A stretch of 58,848 nt of DNA, counting the filler, from Sphacelaria rigidula (lineage: Eukaryota): NCBI GenBank assembly GCA_964200075.2. It is 7 parts of 7 records of this genome, joined end to end, with 100 filler letters (N's around TTAATTAATTAA, not from the genome) between each part and the next. Parts side by side here need not be neighbours in the genome. Positions count along the whole stretch, not along the records: positions 16,844 to 25,164 come from CAXNAA020011528.1; positions 25,265 to 33,585 come from CAXNAA020011529.1; positions 33,686 to 42,006 come from CAXNAA020011530.1; 4 more parts are not named here. The stretch is one strand, 5' to 3'. A program made the position numbers and the translations under genes. Every line of letters starts with the position of its first letter. The first letter of the stretch is position 1. Positions 23,574-35,019 of the stretch are shown piece by piece. A model generated the notes under the pieces. The model did no database searches, was not told where the DNA came from, and saw only the letters and a list, made by a program, of their open reading frames with translations.

Positions 23574-23920
23574 CGGTCGCCCCGGTGGCTCAGTTGGTAA
23601 TCTTGACATCTTCTGACGGTTGGATCGTGGGTTCAAATCTCGGAGCGATCTGGGATTTTTCTCGCACCATGCCCAACGGTGGAGAGCGACTATGTCGTGC
23701 GTACACCAAACCCGACCTAATGGTCGACGAGGGAAAGGGCCGCTGAACCCCGCTCGCGATAAAAAACAAAGGCAAGCACCGCAGGAGGAAGGTGGAGTAG
23801 TAAAAACAATCATGTGTTGATTTTCCCCCTGTGTGGCCCCAGCTGGTGCGCCTAGATATACCGAAAGGTGTAGCCTGGCGTCCAGAATAGATGGGACGAC
23901 AGCACACAACACACACACAA
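23574..23920 (+). mobile_element. SINE family B, full length (~345 bp)
   Basis: A-box TGGCTCAGTTGG, loop-like CTTCTGA, B-box GGTTCAAATC, body, and a (CA)/(CAA) tail. At least 6 copies lie in five different contigs. Confidence 0.85.
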
Positions 23921-24519
23921 CATATAGCCTCAACGACGGGGCCAACTTCTCGAACTCGTGACCTTTCCCTCTTGTGGAAGTATTTTTTTTCCAGTTGGAC
24001 ATCGGGGTGCAGCGTAGCCACACAAGAAACGGAATGCGCTGCTCAATTTAAGAGATTGTGAGCTGGAATTCTGGACGCGCGTTCTACACGCTCATGTGCA
24101 GAAACGTACGGAATACGTCAAAGATATCAATATATGTTTTGTTTTAGGTATGACATATGTTTGTTGGACTTTTCGGATGTTGGCTCAAATCTGCTGGACT
24201 GTTTTTTTTTCACTGCTTCCGCTTATTTTTGCGTCTCGATCATTTTTTTTCAGTCAAATTTCCAGGTTCTGACTCCTATGAACGGACCGCGCAAAGCTGG
24301 TCGAGTGCCAACAGAGTGTTTCAGGCTGGCTCAAGTCGCAACCTTACTAGATTTATGAGTATTTGAGCGTGTAACGTCGCGTTTGATTCTTATGGGACAG
24401 TTATGGGAGTGAATGGAGGCCTTACCGACCAAAAATCCGGTTTCCATAAAAAAAACATTGAATGCGGACGGATTTTGAAGACGTACTGAAGACGTCATAG
24501 GCTGGTCGGGCCTGCTGCA

Positions 24520-24850
24520 GGTTAAGGGCAACGCCCGGTTAAGGGCAACTTTTCGCTTAAGGGCAAGCGGTCCGGATTAAGGGCAAGCGCCCCTGACTAT
24601 GGGGAAGGGCACCTGGTTAGGGGGGAGCGGCCCGGATTAAGGGCAAGCGCCCCCGACTATGGGGAAGCGCACCTGGGTAAGGGGAAGCGCCCCTGACTAT
24701 GGGGAAGCGCACCTGGGTAGGGGGAAGTACACCTGGGTAGGGGCAAGCGCACCCGGGGAAGGGGAAGCGCACCTGGGTAGGGGGAAGCCCACCTGGGAAG
24801 GGGAAGCGCACCTGGGTAGGGGGGAGCGCATCTGGATACGGGCAACCGCC
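24520..24850. repeat. ~19-bp minisatellite (GGG[CG]AAGCGCACCTGGGTA)
   Basis: More than a dozen tandem degenerate units. Confidence 0.9.
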
Positions 24851-24961
24851 CCTTAATATTGGCATCTGCCCCTAGCGACGGAGAAGCGATACACGTATCG
24901 TCATCATACTCCCGAATCAGCCGAAGAATGCCAAACTGTCTAGGGCGTGCTAAGTGTAATG

Positions 24962-25164
24962 CGTGAGAGTTCCGCGTGCTTAGAGGACCGCATCGGAATT
25001 TGAATATCCCTATGGTTAAGGTTAGGGTTAGGGTTAAGATTGGTGTCGGGGTTATGGTCAGGGGCGTGGTACCTGCAGGGACTGGCCGGATTGGTTTTGA
25101 AAAACGTCGATCCTGAGGTGTTTTGAACTACGGCGCGATCCTCTAAGCACGCGGTCCTCTCACG
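24962..25164. mobile_element. ~200-bp MITE with 30-bp TIRs and an internal telomere-like tract
   Basis: CGTGAGAGTTCCGCGTGCTTAGAGGACCGC / GCGATCCTCTAAGCACGCGGTCCTCTCACG, with GGTTAAGGTTAGGGTTAGGGTTAAG at about 25014-25038. Confidence 0.75.
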
Positions 25165-25264
25165 NNNNNNNNNNNNNNNNNNNNNNNNNNNNNNNNNNNN
25201 NNNNNNNNTTAATTAATTAANNNNNNNNNNNNNNNNNNNNNNNNNNNNNNNNNNNNNNNNNNNN
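25165..25264. other. Artificial contig spacer
   Basis: 100 nt N/TTAATTAATTAA/N. Confidence 0.98.
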
Positions 25265-25604
25265 GTGTGTGTGTCCCGTGTAGGGTTGCCTTGGGCTGGT
25301 CGGTGCTGGCTTGTGCGTGTGGTGGGGGGGGGGCGGGGGGGGGGGGGGGGGGGGGTAGGAAGAGATAAATTCACCCAGCCAGTTGTCCATATACTGTTCT
25401 TCGCTCTGGCAGCTCGTGCAGCTGCTTGAAAAGTTCACCATACTGCCTTTATGATGGTTTCTGACAATGTGTACTCTAAAATATTTCTGTAAGGCCAAAT
25501 AAGGGTGGGGGAAGCGAGGGGGAGCAGAGACAGAGACATGCGTATTAATGAGATACTTTGATTTTCGGCGTTCTTAACACATGACGCAGAACATCTACTG
25601 TCAC

Positions 25605-25648
25605 CTCCTTGCAGGAAAGTATTGCTGCGGATACATCGCCTGGCGTTG
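25605..25648 (-). CDS. Candidate small exon of the contig-4 gene (ATPGDVSAAILSCKE)
   Basis: cttttcaatttgccag| ... GAG|gtgaca. Phase 1 entry matches exon 25940-26108. Confidence 0.4.
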
Positions 25649-25939
25649 CTGGCAAATTGAAAAGATCGGTTGATTGATTGTCGTACATCAACTGATCCAC
25701 GAGGGACCCACCCGTGATTGGTCATAATCCACAAGATAGACGTCCAGTATCCGAGGTAAAGCTGAAACACTGTACGAGAATCTGCGGAAAAAACGAAAAA
25801 GTGGAAAAGAAAACAAAATATAGAACAAGCGATTCAAGATCGTCTTCTACCATTAAAGGACACACTAAAGCCGGTGTCGTACAGTACTGTGTGTGGATTG
25901 TTCTGCTCCGTGGTACGCTTGAGGTATACCAGCTACTAC

Positions 25940-26108
25940 CACATGCCGCTTTGCAAGCCACGAGTAAAGTACTCGCCTCTTGCTCACACTTCATGACGTC
26001 TGCTTCGCACGCCTCCGCTTCACGGTTCATTTTATCCGCAACAAGGCCGCCTTGCTTCTCAAGCCATGATCCCTCTTTTCGGGTGGCCCGGCACTTTTTC
26101 ACGGCCTC
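25940..26108 (-). CDS. Candidate exon of the contig-4 gene (EAVKKCRATRKEGSWLEKQ...LLVACKAAC)
   Basis: cacgcacag| acceptor and a helical-looking peptide within ORF 25722-26126. The donor position is uncertain. Confidence 0.55.
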
Positions 26109-26194
26109 CTGTGCGTGACCAGACACGTCGGCGGTAGGGCATCAAAATAGAACGGTCGGCGGTGGGAGGGAGGGGAAGAACCCAATAGTCGTGA

Positions 26195-26620
26195 TTTAGA
26201 ACAAAACATTCATGCGTAGAACCAAGCAGTATTGTGTAGAACCAAGCAATATTATGTAGAACTGAACATCAATGGATGGAACCATACATCCATGGGTAGA
26301 ACCAAACATTTACGTGAAAAACCAAGCGTATGCAAAACCAATGGTTCAGGTGTCGAACTAAACGTCGATGCTTAGAGCCTCAAGACGATTCATAGAACCA
26401 ATGACCGATGTGTGGAACCGAACGTCAACATGCAGAGCAAAGTGTCAATGTCAAGTACAATAGAACCAAAAGCTCATGCGTACAAACAAATCTCGAGGTT
26501 AATGTGTAGAACCAATCATAAACGTCCAGATGTAGACCCAAGCGCCCATGTATAAATCCAAATATTGGTGTGTAGTCTCAAGCGTATTCCATGTGTAGAG
26601 CCAAGTGTCCATTCGTACGA
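26195..26620. repeat. ~20-bp degenerate minisatellite (TGTGTAGAACCAA...)
   Basis: The TAGAACCAA core recurs at about 20-nt spacing. Confidence 0.8.
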
Positions 26621-27418
26621 ATAACGAAGGATGACGTTCCGAAAAATAGTTCGAAGACAACACTGCTCATGCTGCCGGCCCTCTAGGTGTTTCAGGCAAA
26701 CGCATGTAACAACTATTCGTTCGCTGGAGAGTATTCTTTTCCTCGACGTTGCTGGAAAATATTTAAATTTATGTGTGCGTACTGTATGTACTGTGTGAGC
26801 ATGCGTCTTGATGCCGTAGATCGTGTACGGACTGCCTCGCCCGACATACTCCTCCGCCCGAACGCTCACGTTGCTCAAGTCGCCGAGGCTACGGTGGTGT
26901 GTCAATGATTCGCGACAGTACTGAAGACACGGTTCGGGGGGTTCATCGGGCGCATGGTGTAGAATGAGCCGAGAGAAGTTGTGGAGCGTCACGATTTGGA
27001 TTCAGGTTCGGAGCTTTTAGAGGACATCATAGGTAGAAAACCACTTAACTTCGACTGCGCTCGTGTACTGTACACATTCACGTATAACTACGAGTATCAC
27101 TGTCGCGCACCTGGTACATGAGTTGATTTCCATATGGCAATAATACATACTGGTACCCCTGCACGTTCATGCTCTGACCGCCAGATTTGGATCACCTCTT
27201 GAATAGACATTATTTTCCTCCGAACATGGACTATGAAGCCCAGATGACCCACTCGGGCGGTCCAAGGGTTGTTCGTTCAACTGTTTGTTCGATTGATTGC
27301 TTTGCTGTCGCACATGAACTCATCCCCCGGGGACCCAGTCATGGTCATTATTCACAATATACATGTACCCGTACTCAAGGTAGAAATAACGGGAACACTT
27401 GCTAAATACGAAAAAAAG

Positions 27419-28088
27419 GGGCACTAGACGAAATTGGGTGCATCATCCCCTATTTCAGCCCGAAAGTGGGTACAGGTAAACGCCAAAGTTGGAGCTGACC
27501 GTGCTAGGCCCAAACCACGCAAAAATCAACCCCGATGCAAAGGCAGGGCACCCCCAGCCCATGCAGAGCATGTACACAAACCTTCGCGAGGAAAAACCGT
27601 CATTTAGGGCCAAAGAACGGGGGCACAAGGGCATGCAGCGTACTCTATTTTGTCCGACAATCAGGTTATAATAACCGGTATGTCCACCACCAACTACTAT
27701 GTCTATCTTTTACCCCATTCATTGTGCCCCATTGTGTACTCACGTTTATTCAATGTGTACCCACATATGACCGTTATCGGCGTTCTACAGCCGTCGTCCA
27801 CTGCACCTCACGGCACAAAATCGAATGACCGAGAGACATCTCCAGTGCTTTTTTCTACCTCTTTCTACGCACGACCTGGAGACTCAGACCCTGCCGTCGG
27901 TGATTGCACCCCAAACAACGAGACCCCTGCGGAGTGATTGACACACCGTACCACCATTGTGCGCGCGCGCGCGGAACGACGCAACAAATCGCCAAATGAC
28001 GGAACACAACGCAAACGGCGTATCAAGCTGCGAAATCACGGGATATAGCGACTGAACCCCTCCGTCGCTGAGGCATCGCTTAGGGGCC
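27419..28088 (+). mobile_element. ~670-bp MITE-like element, left member of an inverted pair
   Basis: Starts GGGCACTAGAC and ends CATCGCTTAGGGGCC. Colinear reverse complement of 28465-29107. Confidence 0.8.
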
Positions 28089-28259
28089 GAAGTGGTCGTT
28101 GTGGGCAGGCAAGCTCCCTTGCTTGTTTTTCTTTTTGGTTTATTCCACCGCCTCGATGAATCATGGCATAATAATCATCACAAACAGTTCAGACGGCTCA
28201 TATGTCGGAAGAACAGCAACCTTTGAACAAATACAAGTTAATATTATCGCGCTTCACAC

Positions 28260-28337
28260 TTGGATCTCCCCCAACTCCCCCAATAGCACCAATGCTTCGC
28301 GCATTACCTCATCCGGTTCGCTTGTCTTCTCGTCGCC
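28260..28337 (-). CDS. Candidate exon between the inverted repeats (GDEKTSEPDEVMREALVLLGELGEIQ)
   Basis: tag|GGC...CAA|gtgtga, phase 0 after exon 29743-29899. Alternative splice sites exist in the same spacer. Confidence 0.4.
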
Positions 28338-28464
28338 CTATCCATGATCTACGATCACTTCATGTATTGTACCCCACGATTACCATGTGTGCCTCCACTG
28401 CTCCTACAGTGGTTTTGTGCGTCGCGAGCGCTCTGAAAGGCTAGTTGCTTCGACTAGTTGCGCG

Positions 28465-29107
28465 GTGCGCCTAAGCGATGCCTCCGCGATGGAGGAGATC
28501 AGTCGTTATATTCCATGATTTCGCAAAGTATTATGCCGTTTGCGTTGCGTTCCATGATTTTGGCAATTGTCGTGACGTTTGGGCGCGCGCACACACAACG
28601 GTCATGTGGTCTGTCAATCACCTGCAGAGATCTCGTTTGCTTGGGGTGGAAATCACCGACGGCGGCGTCTGAGTCTTCAAGCCGAAAAAAGAGGTGAAAA
28701 TAAGCGTTTGAGACGTTCTTCGGTCGTTCGATTTTGTGCGTGCGGGTCACTGGACGGCCGCTGTGGAAGGCCGAGAGTGGTCAAATGTGGGTACACTTTG
28801 GACAAAAAGGAGTACAAGATGAACATTGTAGTGAGTGGTGGATATACCTCCCTGACCGTTGGACAAAAAAGGGTATGCTGCGAGACTCTTGTGCCCAGCG
28901 GTGTCGTTTGGCCCCAAGTGGCGCTTTTTTCTCGCGAAGGTTGGTGTACATGCTCTGCATGAGCTATAGATTCCCTTGCCTTCGCGTCGGGACTGATTTG
29001 TGGGTGGTTTGGACCTAGCACGAACAGCTCCAACGTTTGCGTGTACCTGCACCCACTTTCGAGCTGAATTAGGGGGTCATGTACAGTACCCACTTTGTCT
29101 AGTGCCC
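28465..29107 (-). mobile_element. ~640-bp MITE-like element, right member of the inverted pair
   Basis: Reverse complement of 27419-28088, ending GTCTAGTGCCC. Confidence 0.8.
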
Positions 29108-29742
29108 GCTCGAGAAAAGTAGGAGAAAAAAAACAAAAACATTATCATAACAACAGGAGTGGGCTGACACACCAACACCAGCATACACAGCACCAGAACA
29201 CAAAAGCAAAAAAAGAAACGAAATCAAGAGGGAAACAAGTTATTTTTTTTTTGCTAAAACGAAGGACAGAACCCAACCCAACACTTACCCCGCCAACGGG
29301 CTCGTGTACCGATTACTCGGAGGCTCGGCTTGACCGCCTCCCGGCAGTCATGTGGGGCAGGCGCCCCAAGCTTTCGGAAACCTTTGCCCAAGGCAAGTGT
29401 GGGGGTTGGTTGCACGCTCTGAAACCCACCGTCAACTTGGCGCAGTGGACGCGTCGCCCTACTCTCGTGAGCTTCGTCCCTGGGAGGGGTGGTTATGCCA
29501 CTACACTGTGGACTCCTCTCCAATCGATAACTGATGACACATGTGTGGATTTTTTTATTGATAGATCGATTTTGCCGCACATTTGCTTACAAAATCATCC
29601 GTGATCATCATGTCGTCATGCGACTTGGTTCCCATGTACCTACCATTTACTCAACACACATGCAGATTAAGACCCCCCGACATAGATATATAACGGTCGA
29701 GGCTGTAAATACTGTACCAACCACCGAACACACCTTGCAAAC

Positions 29743-29899
29743 CTCGAGAGCTGTCCAAAACTCCGCTTCCGCAGGGGATCTCTCGGGGGACTCGAATTTC
29801 ATCGCGCCGGAGGGGAAGGAAGACGCAAACCTACGATCCGCCATCATTTCTTCCAACGCTCCTAGTTCGGGAAAAAGTGACTCGCTGTCTGTAGCATAC
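29743..29899 (-). CDS. Exon of the contig-4 gene (YATDSESLFPELGALEEMMADRRF...EFWTALE)
   Basis: catactccag| acceptor, GAG|gtttgc donor, open frame, phase 2 in and phase 0 out. Confidence 0.65.
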
Positions 29900-30121
29900 C
29901 TGGAGTATGGTCGCCGCAGTGGACAAAAAAGGGTGGGCGGAGTATTATTGTAGCGGGACGTACATGCGTACAAAGAGCGAAATTACGACGCGGGAGCTGC
30001 ACGTGACAAAATACGTAAAACGAGCACCAATAATCCTTTTGACGCCCTTCGCTGTACAGCACACAAGCAGACAACAGTAGCGGTACAGACAGTAAGTACA
30101 ATAGCACACCGTTCACAATAC

Positions 30122-30369
30122 CTGGGTGCGCCGGAAAAGAAAAATCCCGCCGCCTTGCCCGTTGGTGCCTTAGGCTCAAGGGACGAGGAATTAAACGACC
30201 ACCCACGTGATGATGTCGGTGCTGCACTTTTGGCCGCCGACCGGGTTGTACTCGGAAAACGCTGAACACGGAACAAAAACATGCGATACAGCCAGGTTGC
30301 GGGAAGAATTGGCGAGGTAAGGACTGTGGTCGTCCAAAACAAACAACTCTTTGTACGCCCACACAGCAC
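30122..30369 (-). CDS. Exon region of the contig-4 gene (boundaries and frame ambiguous)
   Basis: Acceptors at 30369 (ttttgacag) and 30261 (gtgttcag). The phase-2 donors AG|gtattg (30122) and AC|gtgggt both join the next exon in frame. Confidence 0.5.
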
Positions 30370-30404
30370 CTGTCAAAATTTTGGAGTTACTATAGTCAGT
30401 TCAT

Positions 30405-30620
30405 GACCGGGCAGGGTACAGGCAGGGTACAGGCAGGGTACCGGTACATGTACGGGTACGGGTACGGGTATCGCTCAGTACTTGGGGTACTTCAGATTAT
30501 CCAGCGCTGTTGTTTCGCAGTCATCACCCCGGGTGCCCCTGGGTACCCTACCCGACACAGCAAACATCCCCATGATCGAGGGTACCCAAGAGTACCCGAG
30601 GGTACTCGAGGGCGCGGTAC
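30405..30620. repeat. GGGTAC/TACCC-rich element (hAT-like subterminal motifs)
   Basis: Repeated CAGGGTAC, CGGGTA and inverted TACCC motifs. Confidence 0.5.
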
Positions 30621-30904
30621 TCTGTCATCATATCTGCACCAATTGATTTTTACAGAGGACAACGCACTTTGCTGCTACCGTTGATGCATGATTAATCGAT
30701 CGATCGATTGTCGCATATTAATTGATCTTTCAAGGAGTCATCCAGTCATGGTCATTACCCACACGATACACGTACCGGACCCAAGGCTAACAAAACGGAA
30801 ACATGTGTTGCTAAAGAAAACTCAAGAAAGGGGAAAAGAAGAAGGAACGAAAAAAACACAACAAAGAGAGTAGACGGGGGGAAAATCGAGATAAACAGCA
30901 CAAC

Positions 30905-30961
30905 AACAAGAAGGGAAAAGGAAAAAAAGGAAAAAAAAAAAAAAGAAAAAAAAGAAAAAGG

Positions 30962-31045
<84 letters not shown>

Positions 31046-31120
31046 AAAAAAAAAAGGGAAAAAAGGAAAAGGGGGAAAAAGGAGTAAAAAAAAGGAAAGG
31101 AAAGGAAAAGAGAAAAACAA
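30905..31120. repeat. Poly-A / A-G low-complexity tract
   Basis: Direct observation. Confidence 0.95.
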
Positions 31121-31799
31121 CGACATCAGGATACATATGATACCGGCCCCCAACTTCTTATTTGAAAAAAACAAGACATGAACAACCCCTCCCGTTTCCG
31201 CTGAAACTCGCGACCACAACAAATCATCTTGCCAATCAAAACCCATCACTACTGCATGACAAAATACAGTTGTGACGTATCGCACACTTTAGGTAATCTC
31301 GTCTGGGCTTCACGTTTCTTTTTCAAGCGAAGATGACGCCAGTTTAAGACATGACCCGCCCAGGCGGCCGAAGCGTCGATATTGTAACTCAACCCAGCCC
31401 TTCGGTCATTCGTGCTTTTGAGTTCACGCCTTACACGGAGTGCTGTACGAGAGCTTTCAATCGACGTTCGCCGCCGCCTATAACAGACCGATCAAGTCCA
31501 ATCGCGGATCGCTCTCTCAAAGATAGAGGACACGTGGCAAACAATAATGAATAACAACTACCAAGATGGGGGATTTATATCAAAACCTCAAGAGATAGCT
31601 ATTAGGGCGCGACACCTTGCGGATACAGCTGCATATTGCAGGTACAGTTGAAACGCTCCAGATTTTTTAAATAATTATTTCAGTCGATATATACCCCAGG
31701 TTCGACAACGTACCCACTATTTTATCCCCGTTGATAACCCCGTTACCCTGGAATACTGTTCTTCCTCAGTATTTCGAGGAGTCGATACTCGTACCCTAA

Positions 31800-32020
31800 G
31801 TGTGTGTGTGTTGTCGTCCCATTTATTCTGGGCACCAGTCTACACCTTTCGGTGTATGTGGGCGCATCAGCCGGGGTCACACAAGAGGAAGGCCAATACA
31901 GGAGTTTTGTTTTCTATTTGATTTCAATACCCCACCTTCCTTCTGCGGTGCTTGCCTTTATTTTTATCGCAAGAGGGATCCAGCAGTCCCTTTCCCTCGT
32001 CGACCGTTAAGTCGGGGTTT
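31800..32020 (-). mobile_element. SINE family B, 5'-truncated
   Basis: GTGTGTGTGTTGTCGTCCCATTTATTCTGG... is the reverse complement of the family 3' end. Confidence 0.8.
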
Positions 32021-32798
32021 TTTCCTCAGCACCCGGGGATAATGATCATGTACCCCCAACCACATTTGAAAACACGAGTATTCATAGACAGCTCGGTAGG
32101 GTGGTTCGAATCACTCGGAGACCAACATCTCACTCAAAACACGACTCACGGAATATGTAAAAGCACGCCACGGTGAGCAATTCAATAGGCTAGGGATATC
32201 CTGAGTGGATTTGAAAACGAAAATATCCTCACCAATATTTTTGTGTAGCTGATACCAGGAGCCCCTGACTAAAAACGATTTGGGCCCAAATGTACAACCC
32301 TACCGTGGCATGACTCGCTATGCCGACCTGTGTGAGCTCCATATGTTGAGTCTTTTTTTCTCTTTCTGCCTACACACCATATGAGCGACAATTTTTTCCT
32401 GTTTCATTTTATCCGTTCGAGTCTGATGTATACTTGGGCGTATATGTTATTTTCCGCTGACGCCTTTGCAGAAACCCGTCCTCCGAGGCGCTGTATATGT
32501 TTCACGTTCGTGGGCGTATTATTTTCACACCCTGGACAAAAAATTCCATTTTCAGAAAGTGTACTGCACTCAGTATGAAATATATTTTCTACTGCGATAG
32601 ACGCACTAGTCGATACTACACGCAGTGCACTATTCAACGATGTAATCTATTTTTCCCGGTGTCAATTATTTAGTTTTGTTCCCCCTTGTATTGTGCCACG
32701 GATATTGTGACCACGGCAGACAACTGTCACATGTAGACAGAATAACCTTAATCATCACCCGGCCACACACTCCTTCTCGCCCCCCCACCATATCTCAC

Positions 32799-33336
32799 CC
32801 CAGAATTTGCCGAAGCACGCTGCTGGATCCCGCGATGACTGGCATCAGGACACCCTCTTCTGGTACGATCCGGGCTCCCCAAGCCAGAAAGTGCATGAAT
32901 CATTTCCGACGCAGGGAACCGTAATCCTGCCTGCTGAAGCAACTGACTGATCTCACCGTCCTCCATCTTTATGATCTCGCCGTTCTCCATCTTCCCTCTC
33001 TTACATGCCATGCTCCTGTCCTTCGAAACCGCACCGTTCTTCGAAACCCTACCGTCCTTTCGAACGATATCGTCTCTCGGGCCCACACCGCAGTCGTCAC
33101 CATTTCCATCGCCAGAATCAGCGTCGGACGAAGTTCTGCCCGCACTCCCACCCTCGCAGTCCTCATGGCCACCGCCATCATCATCGCCATCATCATCGCC
33201 ATCGTCATTGTCATCACCACCTTTGGCGCTCGCTTTATCGTTGAGGTACAGGGTCTGATATTGCCCTCCCATGTCGAACCAGGTTTGGTGGATGCCGACG
33301 CGGACCTTGCGGACGGTCTCGCTCAGCAGGCTTGCA
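32799..33336 (-). CDS. Large exon of the contig-4 gene (ASLLSETVRKVRVGIHQTWFDMGGQYQTLYL, then an Asp/Gly-rich stretch); function unknown
   Basis: Pyrimidine-rich ...ccatgcag| acceptor, GGG|gtgaga donor, and a 538-nt open frame overlapping ORF 32748-33272. Confidence 0.7.
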
Positions 33337-33527
33337 CTGCATGGATTGGCGGGACGGGAGGGGGTGTGAATCAGGGATCTTCAACGCAGGAGGAAGCACC
33401 TTCCATTTTTGATCGAGGATCTTTGACACAGGAAGAAGCAGTTTCCAATATGCTCTATTTCAGTTCGCTATGTTAATGCATAGATAGGTAGCTCACCCGA
33501 GCATGATGTTTTTTTTCCGAGTTTCCA

Positions 33528-33585
33528 TGTGTGTGTATGTACGTATGTACGTATGTACGTATGTATGTATGTATGTATGTATGTA
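33528..33585. repeat. (TATG)n microsatellite at contig end
   Basis: Direct observation. Confidence 0.95.
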
Positions 33586-33685
33586 NNNNNNNNNNNNNNN
33601 NNNNNNNNNNNNNNNNNNNNNNNNNNNNNTTAATTAATTAANNNNNNNNNNNNNNNNNNNNNNNNNNNNNNNNNNNNNNNNNNNN
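33586..33685. other. Artificial contig spacer
   Basis: 100 nt N/TTAATTAATTAA/N. Confidence 0.98.
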
Positions 33686-34277
33686 AATGAGATCGATAGC
33701 CAAGGTACATGAGGACCGGTCGTCGTTGCTCGCATTAGGTGACGGAACAGATCATAGCTTCAAGTGCAGTATATTGCGCTGTGTGCATATTATGGAGACC
33801 CGTGTCCCGGGGGCAGGGTATGAAGAAGAGGCTTAATGATGTTTTTTTGACGAATGTACCGATACGGTAGAGCGGGCAAAAGACTACCTCCACCGTCGAA
33901 GAACAGATACGAAGACACTCATTTACGTTTTCCACCCACAGCAACAAATAAGAGCCCGATACCCGGGGACACAAAGACTTGCGACGGACACACGATTGTT
34001 CGCAACCATGAGTCCAGTACTAAACCACCGCAGAAACGCCCATCGTTCGGAACAGGGTCCAGAAACAGCAACTGAAGAGGCATAAAGTATTCATTCCCCC
34101 TCCTTCGTGGGCAACAACGAAGCAGCAATACCCGCAATGTAATGGATATATAAGAGAAACGGAAGAAGTAAGACAACAATCGACCAACAGTAGCCACCGA
34201 TATCCCCCAAAACACGGTAAACGGCGACCACGGATTCAACATGACAGACTATCCCGTCGTGCGAAAGTCGTCCATAA

Positions 34278-34759
34278 GGCCGGATGTTATGGCACTCAGA
34301 CTCTTCGCCAACGGATTGTTCACTTTTATGGCGTTTGAGCCACTTAAGTTACCCCCAAACAGGGAACATCGCCAACACGCGCCTTGGACACTTTGCATCA
34401 CCCTACAGAGAGAAACCTAGCCCACTTTTCAGATTCGCTTGGCTCCAAGATTTCGAGAGCGGCCGCTGAACAAAAATCGGTATGCCAAAAAATCTACGGC
34501 GATCTCCACAGAATATTAGGCAAACTGGCGGGGGTCAGCAAGCACGGATTTTCGCAGACGACTGTTTGTTCAGCGGCCAATCTTGAAACCTCGGAGCCAA
34601 GCGAATCTGAAAAATGGGGTAGGCTTCTCTCTGTGGGGTGATAAAAGTGTCCAAGACGTGTGTTGGCGAATTTTCCTGTTTGGGGGTCAAAAAAGGGGTC
34701 AAATGTCCCTAAGGTGAACAATCCGTGGGCCAAAAATCTGTTTGCCATAACATCCGGCC
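34278..34759. mobile_element. Foldback MITE, PIF/Harbinger (Tourist-like), TAA TSD
   Basis: TAA-GGCCGGATGTTATGGCA ... TGCCATAACATCCGGCC-TAA. The arms pair over about 215 bp. Confidence 0.9.
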
Positions 34760-35019
34760 TAAACAGCAAAGAACAGTCGACCAACAGTAGCGACCGATAT
34801 CTCCCGAAACACGGACAACCCCGGATTCAACATCACAGACATGACCCATTGTACGAAACAGGCTCCAGAAATAGCAGGACAGTTGAGCACACGACAACCG
34901 CAACGTGGCGTTTCTCCGGCTTCGCCGCCACGATCAGTGGATCGACAGCCAAGGTACATGAGCACCGGTGATAGCTGTGTGCGTTGTGTAAGCTCATGGA
35001 CTGAGCACGGTAGCAAATC

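Noticed and set aside
23578..23650. tRNA-Arg gene
   Set aside because: No proper cloverleaf, and it is part of a ~345-bp dispersed repeat.
24520..24850. CRISPR array
   Set aside because: Contiguous degenerate tandem units with no unique spacers, eukaryotic context, and no cas genes.
26195..26620. CRISPR-like repeat-spacer array
   Set aside because: The period of about 20 nt is too short and the intervening bases are degenerate copies, so it is a minisatellite.
30755..31136. Poly-Phe membrane protein ORFs
   Set aside because: Artefact of the poly-A tract.
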